Positions 9,922 through 20,293 of a stretch of DNA of 57,414 nucleotides are shown piece after piece. Made by a program: the position numbers and the translations under genes. Numbering within the stretch: position 1 is the first letter of the stretch; each line of letters begins with the position of its first letter. The stretch lies in the IMG/VR virus record IMGVR_UViG_3300046007_006572, positions 1-57,414 of that record; one strand, written 5' to 3'. Source of the DNA: a virus. Its lineage: Duplodnaviria; Caudoviricetes. The notes below the pieces were generated by a model. That model was not told where the DNA came from and searched no databases. It was given only the letters and a program-made list of their open reading frames with translations.

Positions 9922-10323
9922 TTATTTGTTAGATTTAATCATTTTTAAAAGTTCAGTGGTGGAGCCAACAAAAACTGCTTTATCTATGTTGACTCCCTTT
10001 GCGACTTCAGATTGGGGTGCAAGCTCTCTTTTTGTTTTCTGAAGTTGAAGCAAATCTTTGTTCATCTCGGTTAAGTTCTTCATCATGTTAGCCAAGACTT
10101 CATATGCTCTCGGTGATTCTGATTGATTGGCAACATAAGCCAAATCAGTCAATGCTTTGTTGCCTGTATCAATCAATGTACGAATATTTTCACGGGCATA
10201 ATTTGCATCTGTTTCTACAGCATCGGATGTTTCGACAACAACAGGCATGGTTTGGACTGGTGTTGCTTCTTCCACTGGTTCAATGTCGAAGATTTCAGAT
10301 AAATTTTTGTTTAGCTTTTTCAT
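9922..10323 (-). CDS. g16: Terminase small subunit gp16
   Basis: Motifs ESPRAYEV and VFVGSTTELLKM. Confidence 0.93.
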   Translation of the reverse strand: MKKLNKNLSEIFDIEPVEEATPVQTMPVVVETSDAVETDANYARENIRTLIDTGNKALTDLAYVANQSESPRAYEVLANMMKNLTEMNKDLLQLQKTKRELAPQSEVAKGVNIDKAVFVGSTTELLKMIKSNK

Positions 10324-11321
10324 GATAACGTATCAGGCCATTCTACGATTGTTTCAATATAACCGTAACTAGTATTCGGTAATGCTGTAGTTGGTGTAGG
10401 CTCAGTAATTACAGCAGCAGCATTGATTGAATTGATGTCCAATGTTGCAACATTGTACTTTGCACCAGAATAATCACCCGTCAATGTATAACCAGATTCA
10501 ATATATTTATTACCACCAGTAATGACAAGTGTACCAAGTGATGTATTGCTAAAGAACTCTACTGTACCTACAAATCCGTTTGCTGTGTCACGTAGAGTTT
10601 CACCTGTGGTAAATACGTTATTACCATTAGCAAAGTCAACATAGACCTTTTGAATTTCTTTTGATGTAAGGTCGATGTTGAGATTTGTGTTTGCAGTATT
10701 GATGATTTTGCCAGATTTGACTGGTGGCCAGATAAAGCTCTTGGCAGTAAATGTTAAATCCCAAACAATCAATCTTGTTGTGCCATCACCCATACCACCT
10801 TCATATTCAACCGTAGATGCAACAGAGTTGAGTATGATAGGTACATTATATTTCTGATTCATTGCGGGAATAAAATCCACAACAACATTGAAATCTGGTG
10901 TGAAGAATGGTAAAATCTGTTCTAGTATCTGCGTACCATCTTCCGTATTACGAACATAGATTGATAAACTAAATTCAAAGTTATACGGTACAGGCAAAAA
11001 CTGTGTGCTTACGCCAGTGTTTGTGGCAGCAGCAAAATTTTGTAACGTTGAAACTTGTTTACGACTTACATCATATTCCAGACTGTCAAGATTAAATGAC
11101 ATTCTTGGAACAACTGTGTTGATTGATTTGATAAGATTCGGGTCAGAAGTTATCTGTGTTAGATAACGTTCTTTTGGTCCATATGATAATGGTACTTTTT
11201 GTTTTTCTTTTGCAACACCTGCTTGTGTATAACGAACAATTTCTAAATCATTGAACATTGTGCCGAACACAACCACCATCTTACGAATGGTGCGGTGATA
11301 AAATTGTGCGTTACCTAACAT
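10320..11321 (-). CDS. g15: Tail sheath stabilizer/terminator gp15
   Basis: Motifs FYHRTIRKMVVVFGTMFND, VPLSYGPKE, PRMSF and QILEQILPFFTP. Confidence 0.93.
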   Translation of the reverse strand: MLGNAQFYHRTIRKMVVVFGTMFNDLEIVRYTQAGVAKEKQKVPLSYGPKERYLTQITSDPNLIKSINTVVPRMSFNLDSLEYDVSRKQVSTLQNFAAATNTGVSTQFLPVPYNFEFSLSIYVRNTEDGTQILEQILPFFTPDFNVVVDFIPAMNQKYNVPIILNSVASTVEYEGGMGDGTTRLIVWDLTFTAKSFIWPPVKSGKIINTANTNLNIDLTSKEIQKVYVDFANGNNVFTTGETLRDTANGFVGTVEFFSNTSLGTLVITGGNKYIESGYTLTGDYSGAKYNVATLDINSINAAAVITEPTPTTALPNTSYGYIETIVEWPDTLS

Positions 11322-12223
11322 TATGGTTCACCAAATGGATTGATTTCAGTGAAGTCAATTATGCCATCACTTGCTGCTTCGATACGAGCATTGTCAAAGA
11401 TATCTTCAAATGCATTGTTCGTTGTTGCTGCATCGGATGCAAGTGTCACTGTCCACTGTGCGCTGCTTGTGTTACCATGAACGTTTGATGTTGTCACAAA
11501 ATCGCCTTGTATACGATACACATCGATGTACGCATTTGGCTGAAAATCATATACTAATGCTTGTGATGTTGCAGTGGCTAATGATGAACCTTGATATACA
11601 ATCTCATCATTGAGAAACTTACCTGAACCAGAACCTAATGAAATACGAATTTTTGGATAGTAATTACGAATGTTATTGTCTATATCATCAATACCAGTTT
11701 CAATAATTTCATTTGAGAATACATACTGTTTCATTTTTATTGCATACACATAAACATTACCACCACGACCACGACCTAATGTGTAGAACATTGCTTGGTC
11801 ATTTTCACTTTCGACACTCGTAATCTCAAAAAAACTTGTTGTCATTGGAATATAAATCAAATCACCTTCACGTGGTCTTGTGTAACCATTTACTGTATAT
11901 CTAAATCTAAGGCGTGACACAAGCATTGTAATTTCGTCACGAATCTCTAAACCAAACTTAGATATAAAGTCTTGTTCACCATCAAAACCCGTAACATTTT
12001 CAAGATACATTTCAATGGCATGTGCGGTAAGATATTGTTTCAGTCCATCTTCACCATACAGAAAATCTACTTCATCACGTGTTGTTCGTGGAAGATAATA
12101 CACATCCAAGCCATAGATTTTAAGTGCTTCTATGACCAAATCTTCAACAAGCAGTTGCTCTGGTGTAATGGGAGCATCAGCAAGTCTGCTTGGAAAATTA
12201 TTGAAGTAGAAATTAGTGGACAT
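11321..12223 (-). CDS. g14: Neck protein gp14
   Basis: Motifs LVIEALKIYGLDVYYLPR, SKFGLEIRDE and RPREGDLIY; C-terminus DFTEINPFG. Confidence 0.94.
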   Translation of the reverse strand: MSTNFYFNNFPSRLADAPITPEQLLVEDLVIEALKIYGLDVYYLPRTTRDEVDFLYGEDGLKQYLTAHAIEMYLENVTGFDGEQDFISKFGLEIRDEITMLVSRLRFRYTVNGYTRPREGDLIYIPMTTSFFEITSVESENDQAMFYTLGRGRGGNVYVYAIKMKQYVFSNEIIETGIDDIDNNIRNYYPKIRISLGSGSGKFLNDEIVYQGSSLATATSQALVYDFQPNAYIDVYRIQGDFVTTSNVHGNTSSAQWTVTLASDAATTNNAFEDIFDNARIEAASDGIIDFTEINPFGEP

Positions 12224-13173
12224 TATCCTGTAAATATCTCAGAAGGTAGTGAACCCATTTGATAAATCTGTTCTTCCATCTCTTTTATTTCTTCAACTGC
12301 TTCATCATAAATCTTCTGACCATTCAGCGTTACACCACCAGGCATTTGAATACCTTCAAACTTTTTGAGATTGTTACCCCATTGTTGTTTGATTTTTGCT
12401 GTGGCTAGTTGTTTTAAGAAACGGTCATTCCACACATCCGTTGTGCCTTCAATCTGAATTGCAGAATTATTATGTGTCAGTGTTGGTGGTCCAATCAATG
12501 TCAAACTTGTAGGCGATTCAATATTACCAACTTGTTTTGATTCGTTACCAATTGTAATGAAATCGTATGGCACAATTTCTTGGTCGAACTTTGTACCATA
12601 ACCCGTAATTGTGTTTGATGATGGACTGCCTGTAACTGTGCCGGTCAATGTCACTGTTTCCGGTTGTAAAACTCGATAACATTCAACAATAACCCAATCA
12701 CCAGGTTGAACATCACGGGTCCAATCGATGTCAAGCAGTATTTTGTTTTGGCGACGATTGAAACGGAACTGCGGTGTGCCAGAGAACAATAAATTCAATG
12801 TACGTAAGTGTTGCATTGTGATTTCATATGACACATATGATACTGATGTGAAGTCATACAAATCATGTAAACGCAACTGATAACGCAAATCAAACATGTT
12901 AATTGATGCATTAGACTGGTCAAACGGAAAAATGCCAGTCACAAATTGTACTGCATCAGGACAATGAATCCATTGGCGATTGATATCGTCTTGTGTAATC
13001 TGATGCTTCATGAAAAGTTTTTCGGTACCATCATAGTGATAGTCACGCCAAAAAGCAAGCGCATCATCAATACGGTCATCTACTTGGTCGTCATCTACGT
13101 TGATTTCAATTACTGGCCATCCTAGACGGCGTAAACAGTAATCTTTGAATTGTTGTCTTGTTGAAATTGCCAT
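12223..13173 (-). CDS. g13: Neck protein gp13
   Basis: Motifs YCLRRLGWPVIEINVDDDQ and KQQWGNNLKKFEGIQMPGGVTLNG. Confidence 0.95.
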   Translation of the reverse strand: MAISTRQQFKDYCLRRLGWPVIEINVDDDQVDDRIDDALAFWRDYHYDGTEKLFMKHQITQDDINRQWIHCPDAVQFVTGIFPFDQSNASINMFDLRYQLRLHDLYDFTSVSYVSYEITMQHLRTLNLLFSGTPQFRFNRRQNKILLDIDWTRDVQPGDWVIVECYRVLQPETVTLTGTVTGSPSSNTITGYGTKFDQEIVPYDFITIGNESKQVGNIESPTSLTLIGPPTLTHNNSAIQIEGTTDVWNDRFLKQLATAKIKQQWGNNLKKFEGIQMPGGVTLNGQKIYDEAVEEIKEMEEQIYQMGSLPSEIFTG

Positions 13174-13175
13174 TT

Positions 13176-13745
13176 TTATCCTAAACCAAAAATCGAATTT
13201 CCAGTAATTACTGTATAAGAGTTTGCTGCCGTTTTGAACACAGAATAACTAAACAAGTTTATTTCTTGATTCGTAATAGAAGCACTACCTGGTCTTGTGT
13301 TTCCAACGTAATATAACGTTTGAAGAGCGCCATCAATATATAGATTTGCTGTATGTCTTGTTGAACCATGTTTCAATGCAATCGCAACTGTCATTGCTTG
13401 ACCAATTGTTGTGATTGAATCAAAAGTATTTTGTGTGTTCGCACGAAGATTGAAAGTCACATTCGCTGTGGTATTTGCATTAAAATAATATAGTGTGTTA
13501 TTAGCAACATCAATATTGACATTACCTCCAATACCAAGAGTATTTACATTTGCTTGTTCTAAAACTCTGGAAAGAGAGATGTTTAGATTTGATGCCAAAG
13601 AATTAGAAGAAACTGCTGAAACTGCAATCAAATTACCAGTAATTGTTCCAGCAACAATATTGTTACCACTAACAGCAGAAGCCGCAATCAAATTGCCAGT
13701 AATATTTGCTGTACCAATTAGGGGTGAACGAACTCTTTGAATCAT
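13176..13745 (-). CDS. Small fibre/adaptor protein (GNNIVAGTITGNLIA stalk plus beta head); paralog of 13988-14536
   Basis: Shares GGNVNID..NNT.Y.F..NTTANVTFNLRANTQNT.DS and KTAAN.YTV with the 182-aa ORF. Confidence 0.75.
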   Translation of the reverse strand: MIQRVRSPLIGTANITGNLIAASAVSGNNIVAGTITGNLIAVSAVSSNSLASNLNISLSRVLEQANVNTLGIGGNVNIDVANNTLYYFNANTTANVTFNLRANTQNTFDSITTIGQAMTVAIALKHGSTRHTANLYIDGALQTLYYVGNTRPGSASITNQEINLFSYSVFKTAANSYTVITGNSIFGLG

Positions 13746-13979
13746 TTACATGCCTCCAAATAAAAATACATCATCAAATATGTCTGGAGGTGATACGATG
13801 TTATTTCCAGAAACGGCATTATTTGCAATAAGGTCACCCGAAATTGCAGCAGTAGCAATCAAATTGCCAGTAATTGTTCCAGCAACAATATTGTTACCAC
13901 GAATGGCGTTAGGTGCAATTTTGTTTCCAATAACTGCACCATTTGCTATACGACCCGATTCAACTTTTTGTTCTGGCAT
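13746..13979 (-). CDS. 77-aa mini stalk/adaptor ending DIFDDVFLFGGM
   Basis: Ten-residue (I..N.I/GN.I) repeats; C-terminus nearly identical to the 222-aa ORF at 32068. Confidence 0.75.
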   Translation of the reverse strand: MPEQKVESGRIANGAVIGNKIAPNAIRGNNIVAGTITGNLIATAAISGDLIANNAVSGNNIVSPPDIFDDVFLFGGM

Positions 13980-13987
13980 TTGCTACC

Positions 13988-14536
13988 TTATTGATTCAAT
14001 GCTTTTTGAAAATTAGAGTTTGCTGCTAAAACTGTATATGTATTTGCTGCCGTTTTCAACACTGTAAAAGAATAAGTATCAACCGATTCTTGTTGAGATG
14101 TTGCATAAGAAGGCGCAGAGTTACCTAACCAAAATGGTGCCTGCAACACACCATCAACATAAACATTTGCACGATATCTTATTGCTCCCTGCTTTAGTAA
14201 AATGCCAGTAGTAACCGACTGACCTACTGACAACTGAGAGTCTAATGTATTTTGTGTATTGGCTCTCAAATTGAAAGTTACATTTGCTGTCGTATTCGAA
14301 GAAAAGAAATAAACAGTATTATTTTGTAAATCTATATTTACATTACCACCAACAGCCGTTGGATATACATTTGCAGTTTCGAATATTTGTGTTAGAGATA
14401 TTTGTAAATTTGCAGCAAACGTATTTGACGATAACGAACGAGCAACAATATTGTTGCTGCGAACGGAGTTATCTGCAAGTTTTAGACCTGTGATTGCAGT
14501 GTTTGCTATTCTATTTGAACCTACTCTTTGCGTCAT
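13988..14536 (-). CDS. Small fibre/adaptor protein; paralog of 13176-13745
   Basis: Clear paralogy with the 189-aa ORF; preceded by CTAAATA. Confidence 0.75.
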   Translation of the reverse strand: MTQRVGSNRIANTAITGLKLADNSVRSNNIVARSLSSNTFAANLQISLTQIFETANVYPTAVGGNVNIDLQNNTVYFFSSNTTANVTFNLRANTQNTLDSQLSVGQSVTTGILLKQGAIRYRANVYVDGVLQAPFWLGNSAPSYATSQQESVDTYSFTVLKTAANTYTVLAANSNFQKALNQ

Positions 14537-14558
14537 TTTTTATTCCGTATTTTGTTAG

Positions 14559-14565
14559 TATTTAG
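14559..14565 (-). promoter_or_regulatory. Probable late promoter (CTAAATA)
   Basis: TAAATA core in the intergenic gap upstream of 14536. Confidence 0.6.
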
Positions 14566-14578
14566 AACTAACCTCCAA

Positions 14579-17500
14579 TTATGTTACGCTACCCATAATC
14601 ACACAAACTGTTGGACTTATAAACAATATTGATGCAACACCTCTTGTCGCAAGACTTACGGATGCCTTGTCACTATCTGTTCCAGAAATATAAGCAGTTG
14701 TAATCGAACATGTTATTGTGATAGAGCCTGATGTGTTATTGAACACTGATACGGCATCACCAGAAGCAAAAACACCATCAGGAATAGTTATCGAACCGCC
14801 CGTACCCACTTCAACATATTCACCAACATCACCTTTTGCTAAAATATAACTTGATGTTTTTTGACCTACTGGTGGAATATTCAAATAACCAACAGGTTGG
14901 TTTCCGTTTCTTCCGTCATAAATTGCATCAGCGTAAACATTACCTCTAACACCAACACCACCAACAACTACAACTGTTCCTGTTCCATTTGATGTTGACG
15001 GAAGCCCAGATGTGCTATGACTTCTTACATTGAACACCTCAGTTGCACCATTAGATACAACTATATTTGCTCCAGAAACAACAAGATTGCTTGTTAGTGA
15101 TAACTTAGCTGCTGTTACGGAGCCATCTGGTATAACCATAGCATTTGCTGTGGTATAGAACGTTGCTACACGAACAAGTTCGCCATTACCTGGAGCTTCA
15201 GTGAAAGTAATTGTATCATTAGAGGTGTCAACACTATATGAAGTTATTGGTTGGACAATACCATCAATTGTAACAAGTAGTGTTTCTTTGGCTTGTGGGT
15301 CAAAACCTAAATTAAATGTTGTAAAGTTTCCATTTGCAGTTGTTTCAAACACCGAAACTGAAACATTAGATGCTGTATATCGAATAAAATAAGGATTGAT
15401 TTTTTCAAAACCAACCACACGAATGTTTTCACCATCACCAGGTGCTGTGCCAAATGTAACAGTATTCGTTGATGGATTTACAGTGTAGGCACTTTCTGGT
15501 TGTAAAATACCACCAATCGAAACGAAGATTGTTTTCTCTGATTCGGGTCTAAATCCAACATTGAATGCAGTAGATGTTCCATCACCAATGTTATCATAAG
15601 TTGAAACAACGGCACCCGCAGAATTAGCAACATCCAAGAAATAAGGAACTACGTTGTTGAAGCCAGCAACACGAATCTTTTCTCCCGCCGGTGGTGGTTC
15701 ATTAAACGAAATAGAATTGTTTGTTCTTGTTACGACATAATCATCAGGTTCTGTTTGAACGATACCACCAATCGAAACAATTACAGCACTATTTGACGCT
15801 GGTGTAAATCCTAAAGCAAAAGTTGAGACTGAACCATTTGAAGTTGTGGAGAATGTAGAAACTTCAGCATTAGCGCCAGTGTTTGCCTTATCAAACGCTG
15901 CATTTGCTTGTATGAAAGCAGCATTTGCCTGACCACGAACCCATGTATCAAGTGCATTGTTTGCCGCATTGAACGCCGCATTTGCATGAATGAATGACGA
16001 ATTTGCTTGAATAAATGCAGCGTTAGCAGTGTCAAATGCTGGCTGAACTTGTGGTGCTACATTGTTTGCCGAATTGAATGCTGCATTTGCATGAGCGTAT
16101 GCCGAGTTTGCTTGAATGAATCCACTATTTGCATGAACAAATGCTGAGTTAGCGTATTGACTACCAGAATTAGCAGTTGCAAATGCACTGTTTGCATATG
16201 TGCCACCAGAATTAGCAGCAGCAAATCCTGCATTAGCAGTGTTATATGCATCATTTGCATGGAAGAATGCTGAGTTTGCTTGAATGAAGCCAGAGTTAGC
16301 AATAATAAACGAGGCATTTGCATAATTACCTGCTGAGAATGCATCAGCATTTGCAATGTTCGCTTGAGCAAATGCACCATTGGCATAGATTGCAGCAGAG
16401 TTAGCAGTGTAACTTGGTGTGTTAGCGTAAATCGATATTGTGTTCAGGTCAGCATATGCAGAGTTAGCATGAATAAATGCTGCATTAGCTGTATTGAACG
16501 CTGGTTGAACTTGTGGTGCTACATTATTTGCAGAGTCGAATGCTGCATTGGCATGAGCAAAAGCTGAATTTGCGTAACTACCAGTTGTGTTCTGTGCATT
16601 GAATGCCGATTGTGCATGAACTATCGCACCGTTAGCTTGAATAAATGCGGCATTGGCAGTATCAAATGATGGTTGAACTTGTGGTGCTACATTATTAGCA
16701 GCAGCAAAAGCAGCATTGGCATGAACAAATGCCGAATTAGCATAAGAACCAGCAGATATTGCATTTGCGTCAGCATTATTTGCTTTATCAAATGATGCAT
16801 TAGCATGTATAAATGCCGCATTAGCGGTATTAAATGCTGGTTGAATTTGAGGTGCTACATTATTAGCAGCAGCAAATGCGGCATTAGCATACACACCAGC
16901 AGATATTGCATTTGCGTCAGCATTATTTGCTTTATCGAACGCTGAATTTGCATGTAAAAATGCAGCATTAGCATAAGTACCGGCAGCAGAATTGGCTGCT
17001 ATGAATGCGGCATTAGCATGATTGAACGCAGCATTTGCTTGAATGAATCCAGAGTTTGCATACTGGCCTGTTGCATTCTGAGATTCATATGCGCTGTTTG
17101 CATGAATAAAAGCAGCATTAGCATATTGACCTGTAGCATTCTGTGATTGATATGCAGAGTTAGCTTGAATAGATGCCGCATTTGTTGTATTGTATAATAC
17201 TTTGATGACATTTGCAGATATTAGTGACGCAAATGTTAAGTTGCCAGCACCATCTGTTCTAATATAATCATCATTAGAACCACCCGTAATATGAACATTT
17301 GCAACAGCGCCTAACAAAACACTCTTAGAAAGACTGATATCTACGTTGGCACGAATGTTGATTGTGTTACTTGAACCGATGATACGCATCTGTTCATTTT
17401 CAATATTCATACCACCAGCAGCAAATACAACATCATTCTGTGGTAAAAATGTACCTATTACAAGGTCGCCGCCACTTGTTGATGTATTTCCATGTGTGTA

Positions 17501-20059
17501 CAGATAACCGTCATTTGGTCCAACTAATGTGAATTCTGGGTCGGCATGTGTGCTACTACCAATGCCCATGTCAATATATGTGTCATCTTCAGTACCATTA
17601 TCAGCAGTGGCAACATAGTCTCCTGATGCATCAGTTCCATTATTAATATTTTGAATGTTTATCTGTGAATAACCATCATAGTTCGCAGATGCTTGGAAAA
17701 CTGTAAATGGCTGATAATCGTATCCTGTTGGAATACCAGCATATAATGCATTATGACCGTTAGATGCATAACCAAAAAACTGACCGCTGTTACCTGTAAC
17801 TGTTATAGAGGTAACATTCCCTACAAAATTGACATTACCTAAAACACTAAGGTCATTTTGAATAGTTACATTACCAGAAATTGTACCACCAGACGCACTG
17901 AATCTTGTGTTTGCAAAATCGAATGCAGCATTAGAATGTACGAATGCCGCATTAGCGTGGATGAATGCCACATTGGCTTCTATGAACGCAGAATTGGCGT
18001 GATAAAAAGCTGCATTTGCTTGAACGAAGCCAGAGTTAGCAATAATAAACGCAGCATTTGCATACTGACCTGTCGCATTCTGCGACTGATATGATGCGTT
18101 CGCTAAATCAAAAGATGCATTGGCGTGAATGAATCCACTGTTTGCATGAATAAATGCTGCATTTGCATACTGACCACTAGCATTCTGACTTAGATAAGCA
18201 GCATTGGCGTGACCAAACGCCGAATTCGTTTGAATGAATGCGGAGTTGGCTTGGATATAAGCAGCATTAGCGGCAGCAAAAGCACCATTAGCATTTGCAA
18301 AGGCAGCATTAGCGGCAGCAAAAGCACCATTGGCATTTGCAAAGGCAGCGTTAGCATGAATGAATCCACTGTTTGCATGAATGAACGATGCATTTGCATA
18401 TTGACCAGTGGCATTTTGACTTTCATATGCTGAATTGGCATGATTGAATGCAGCATTTGAATGAATAAATCCACTGTTTGCATGAGTGTATGCAGCATTA
18501 GCGGCAGCAAAGGCACCATTGGCGTTGGCAAAAGAAGCATTGGCTCTAGCAAAAGCACCATTGGCATTTGCAAACGAAGCATTTGCAGCAGCAAGTGCAG
18601 CATTTGACTGTGCATATGCAAGTGATGAGTAGATGTATAAATCTACATTACCGTTTGCCGCAAAGATATAATTTGTAAAGATAGCATTAGCACCTGTAAT
18701 GCTACCATTTGAACCTGTTGTTGTTAGTGTATTTGATGTGACATTACCAACAATAACAACATCACCCGTAACTTGACCGCCAACATTGGCATTCAGTGAA
18801 TTGTTTGCACGAATAAATGCCGCATTAGCTGTGTTGAATGATACATTCGCCATTGCAAAAGCGCCATTGGCATTTGCAAAAGCAGCGTTGGCTCTAGCAA
18901 AGGCGCCATTGGCATTTGCAAAGGCAGCGTTAGCAGCAGCAAAAGCACCGTTGGCATTTGCAAAAGCGGCGTTAGCTACATTACCTGATGCATTCTGTGA
19001 ACGGTATGCGGCATTTGCTTGAATAAATCCAGAGTTAGCGTGAATGAATGCGCCATTAGCGACAGTGAACGCAGCATTAGCGTATTCACCACTAGAGTTT
19101 TGACTTTCGTATGCTGAGTTAGCTTTGACAAATGCCGCATTAGCATGGTCGAATCCAGAATTAGCATGTGCAAAGTTTGCATTTGCTAAAGTAAAAACCG
19201 AGTTTGTGTACTGACCTGTTGCATTCTGTGAGATGTATGCTGCATTTGCATGAGCAAAACTAGCATTAGTCTGAATAAATGCGCTATTAGCGTGAATGAA
19301 TGCGGCATTAGCCGTATCATATGCCGGTTGAACTTGCGGAAACACATTGTTTGCGGCAGCAAAGGCAGCATTAGCGTGAACGAAAGCGGCATTGGCTTGA
19401 ATAAATCCAGAATTGGCAGTATTAAACGCTGGTTGAATTTGTGGAAATACATTGTTTGCAGCAGCAAAAGAGGCATTAGCATGGTCAAAAGATGCATTGG
19501 CTTTAATGAATGCCGAGTTTGCATATGATGATGCTGATGTACCACCTAAGTCATCATAGTTTGTGCCATCATTTGTAAATTGCCACTTGTTACCAGTTTC
19601 ATTCCACAACAAATAAACATTCGGTTGTGCGCCACGGTCAATCTCAATACCAGCATTCATTGTCGGCTGTGCTGACTGATTGATTGCCGTATTCAATGAG
19701 ATGATATTATCACCAATCATTACAACGGGTGTGTTTCCACCAATTGCACCACCAACAATATTCAGATTACCTTGAATGGTAAGGTCGCCAGTGATAATAC
19801 CACCAGCGTTTGCATTCAATGAATTGTTTGCACGAATGAACGCAGCATTGGCAGTAATATATGCAGAATTTGCCTGTTCATATGAAGTAAGACCACGAAG
19901 ATAACTATCGTGACCACCAATGGCAATAGCACCATTTTCTGCTGGACTACCAATGAAAAGTGTATTACTGCTATATGAATACGCTGGTTCACCAATGTTT
20001 AGTGCTACTGGTGTATTTGATACTAGCGAACGCTTTATTTGAATTGGTGTATTTGCCAT
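14579..20059 (-). CDS. Long tail/neck fibre protein with ANAAF heptad coiled coils
   Basis: N-terminal IQIKRS..P..L..GEPAY fibre-anchor motif, two long AN(A/S)(A/G)Fxx repeat tracts, three ~90-aa 'V.IGGI.Q...Y......F.E.P..GE.IRV' repeats and a C-terminal GDAVSVFNN domain. Confidence 0.8.
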   Translation of the reverse strand: MANTPIQIKRSLVSNTPVALNIGEPAYSYSSNTLFIGSPAENGAIAIGGHDSYLRGLTSYEQANSAYITANAAFIRANNSLNANAGGIITGDLTIQGNLNIVGGAIGGNTPVVMIGDNIISLNTAINQSAQPTMNAGIEIDRGAQPNVYLLWNETGNKWQFTNDGTNYDDLGGTSASSYANSAFIKANASFDHANASFAAANNVFPQIQPAFNTANSGFIQANAAFVHANAAFAAANNVFPQVQPAYDTANAAFIHANSAFIQTNASFAHANAAYISQNATGQYTNSVFTLANANFAHANSGFDHANAAFVKANSAYESQNSSGEYANAAFTVANGAFIHANSGFIQANAAYRSQNASGNVANAAFANANGAFAAANAAFANANGAFARANAAFANANGAFAMANVSFNTANAAFIRANNSLNANVGGQVTGDVVIVGNVTSNTLTTTGSNGSITGANAIFTNYIFAANGNVDLYIYSSLAYAQSNAALAAANASFANANGAFARANASFANANGAFAAANAAYTHANSGFIHSNAAFNHANSAYESQNATGQYANASFIHANSGFIHANAAFANANGAFAAANAAFANANGAFAAANAAYIQANSAFIQTNSAFGHANAAYLSQNASGQYANAAFIHANSGFIHANASFDLANASYQSQNATGQYANAAFIIANSGFVQANAAFYHANSAFIEANVAFIHANAAFVHSNAAFDFANTRFSASGGTISGNVTIQNDLSVLGNVNFVGNVTSITVTGNSGQFFGYASNGHNALYAGIPTGYDYQPFTVFQASANYDGYSQINIQNINNGTDASGDYVATADNGTEDDTYIDMGIGSSTHADPEFTLVGPNDGYLYTHGNTSTSGGDLVIGTFLPQNDVVFAAGGMNIENEQMRIIGSSNTINIRANVDISLSKSVLLGAVANVHITGGSNDDYIRTDGAGNLTFASLISANVIKVLYNTTNAASIQANSAYQSQNATGQYANAAFIHANSAYESQNATGQYANSGFIQANAAFNHANAAFIAANSAAGTYANAAFLHANSAFDKANNADANAISAGVYANAAFAAANNVAPQIQPAFNTANAAFIHANASFDKANNADANAISAGSYANSAFVHANAAFAAANNVAPQVQPSFDTANAAFIQANGAIVHAQSAFNAQNTTGSYANSAFAHANAAFDSANNVAPQVQPAFNTANAAFIHANSAYADLNTISIYANTPSYTANSAAIYANGAFAQANIANADAFSAGNYANASFIIANSGFIQANSAFFHANDAYNTANAGFAAANSGGTYANSAFATANSGSQYANSAFVHANSGFIQANSAYAHANAAFNSANNVAPQVQPAFDTANAAFIQANSSFIHANAAFNAANNALDTWVRGQANAAFIQANAAFDKANTGANAEVSTFSTTSNGSVSTFALGFTPASNSAVIVSIGGIVQTEPDDYVVTRTNNSISFNEPPPAGEKIRVAGFNNVVPYFLDVANSAGAVVSTYDNIGDGTSTAFNVGFRPESEKTIFVSIGGILQPESAYTVNPSTNTVTFGTAPGDGENIRVVGFEKINPYFIRYTASNVSVSVFETTANGNFTTFNLGFDPQAKETLLVTIDGIVQPITSYSVDTSNDTITFTEAPGNGELVRVATFYTTANAMVIPDGSVTAAKLSLTSNLVVSGANIVVSNGATEVFNVRSHSTSGLPSTSNGTGTVVVVGGVGVRGNVYADAIYDGRNGNQPVGYLNIPPVGQKTSSYILAKGDVGEYVEVGTGGSITIPDGVFASGDAVSVFNNTSGSITITCSITTAYISGTDSDKASVSLATRGVASILFISPTVCVIMGSVT
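15890..19520 (-). repeat. Degenerate 21-bp (7-codon) tandem repeats in two blocks (~15890-17190 and ~17915-19520)
   Basis: Repeated GCATTAGC/GCATTTGCAAA units; near-exact ~40-bp duplicate at ~16749-16790 and ~16895-16938; recurring NNV(A/F)PQ(V/I)QP units. Confidence 0.85.
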
Positions 20060-20068
20060 TTGTAATTC

Positions 20069-20290
20069 TTAGAATATTCCACCGTCTAGCTGGTCTAAAA
20101 CGGAAGTAGCAATTTTTGTCTCGAACCGATTGTTTGCAGAACTATACACTAATGAAAATCCATCTTGCACACCATCAGTATTTACATCATTGATTTCATT
20201 CAATGCCACATTAGGCTTAGGACTATACTTTGGTGATACAACAGTTGTGCGATTTGGCTGAAATACTGTGACTTTACCTAAATCTGGCAT
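20069..20290 (-). CDS. Small virion-associated protein
   Basis: 73 aa with L.EINDV....VQDG..LVY and terminal LDGGIF, motifs typical of fibre-associated proteins. Confidence 0.65.
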   Translation of the reverse strand: MPDLGKVTVFQPNRTTVVSPKYSPKPNVALNEINDVNTDGVQDGFSLVYSSANNRFETKIATSVLDQLDGGIF

Positions 20291-20293
20291 GAC

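Noticed and set aside
15890-19520. CRISPR-like or non-coding repeat array
   Set aside because: Repeats are in-frame, degenerate at third positions and lack unique spacers; they encode the heptad fibre.
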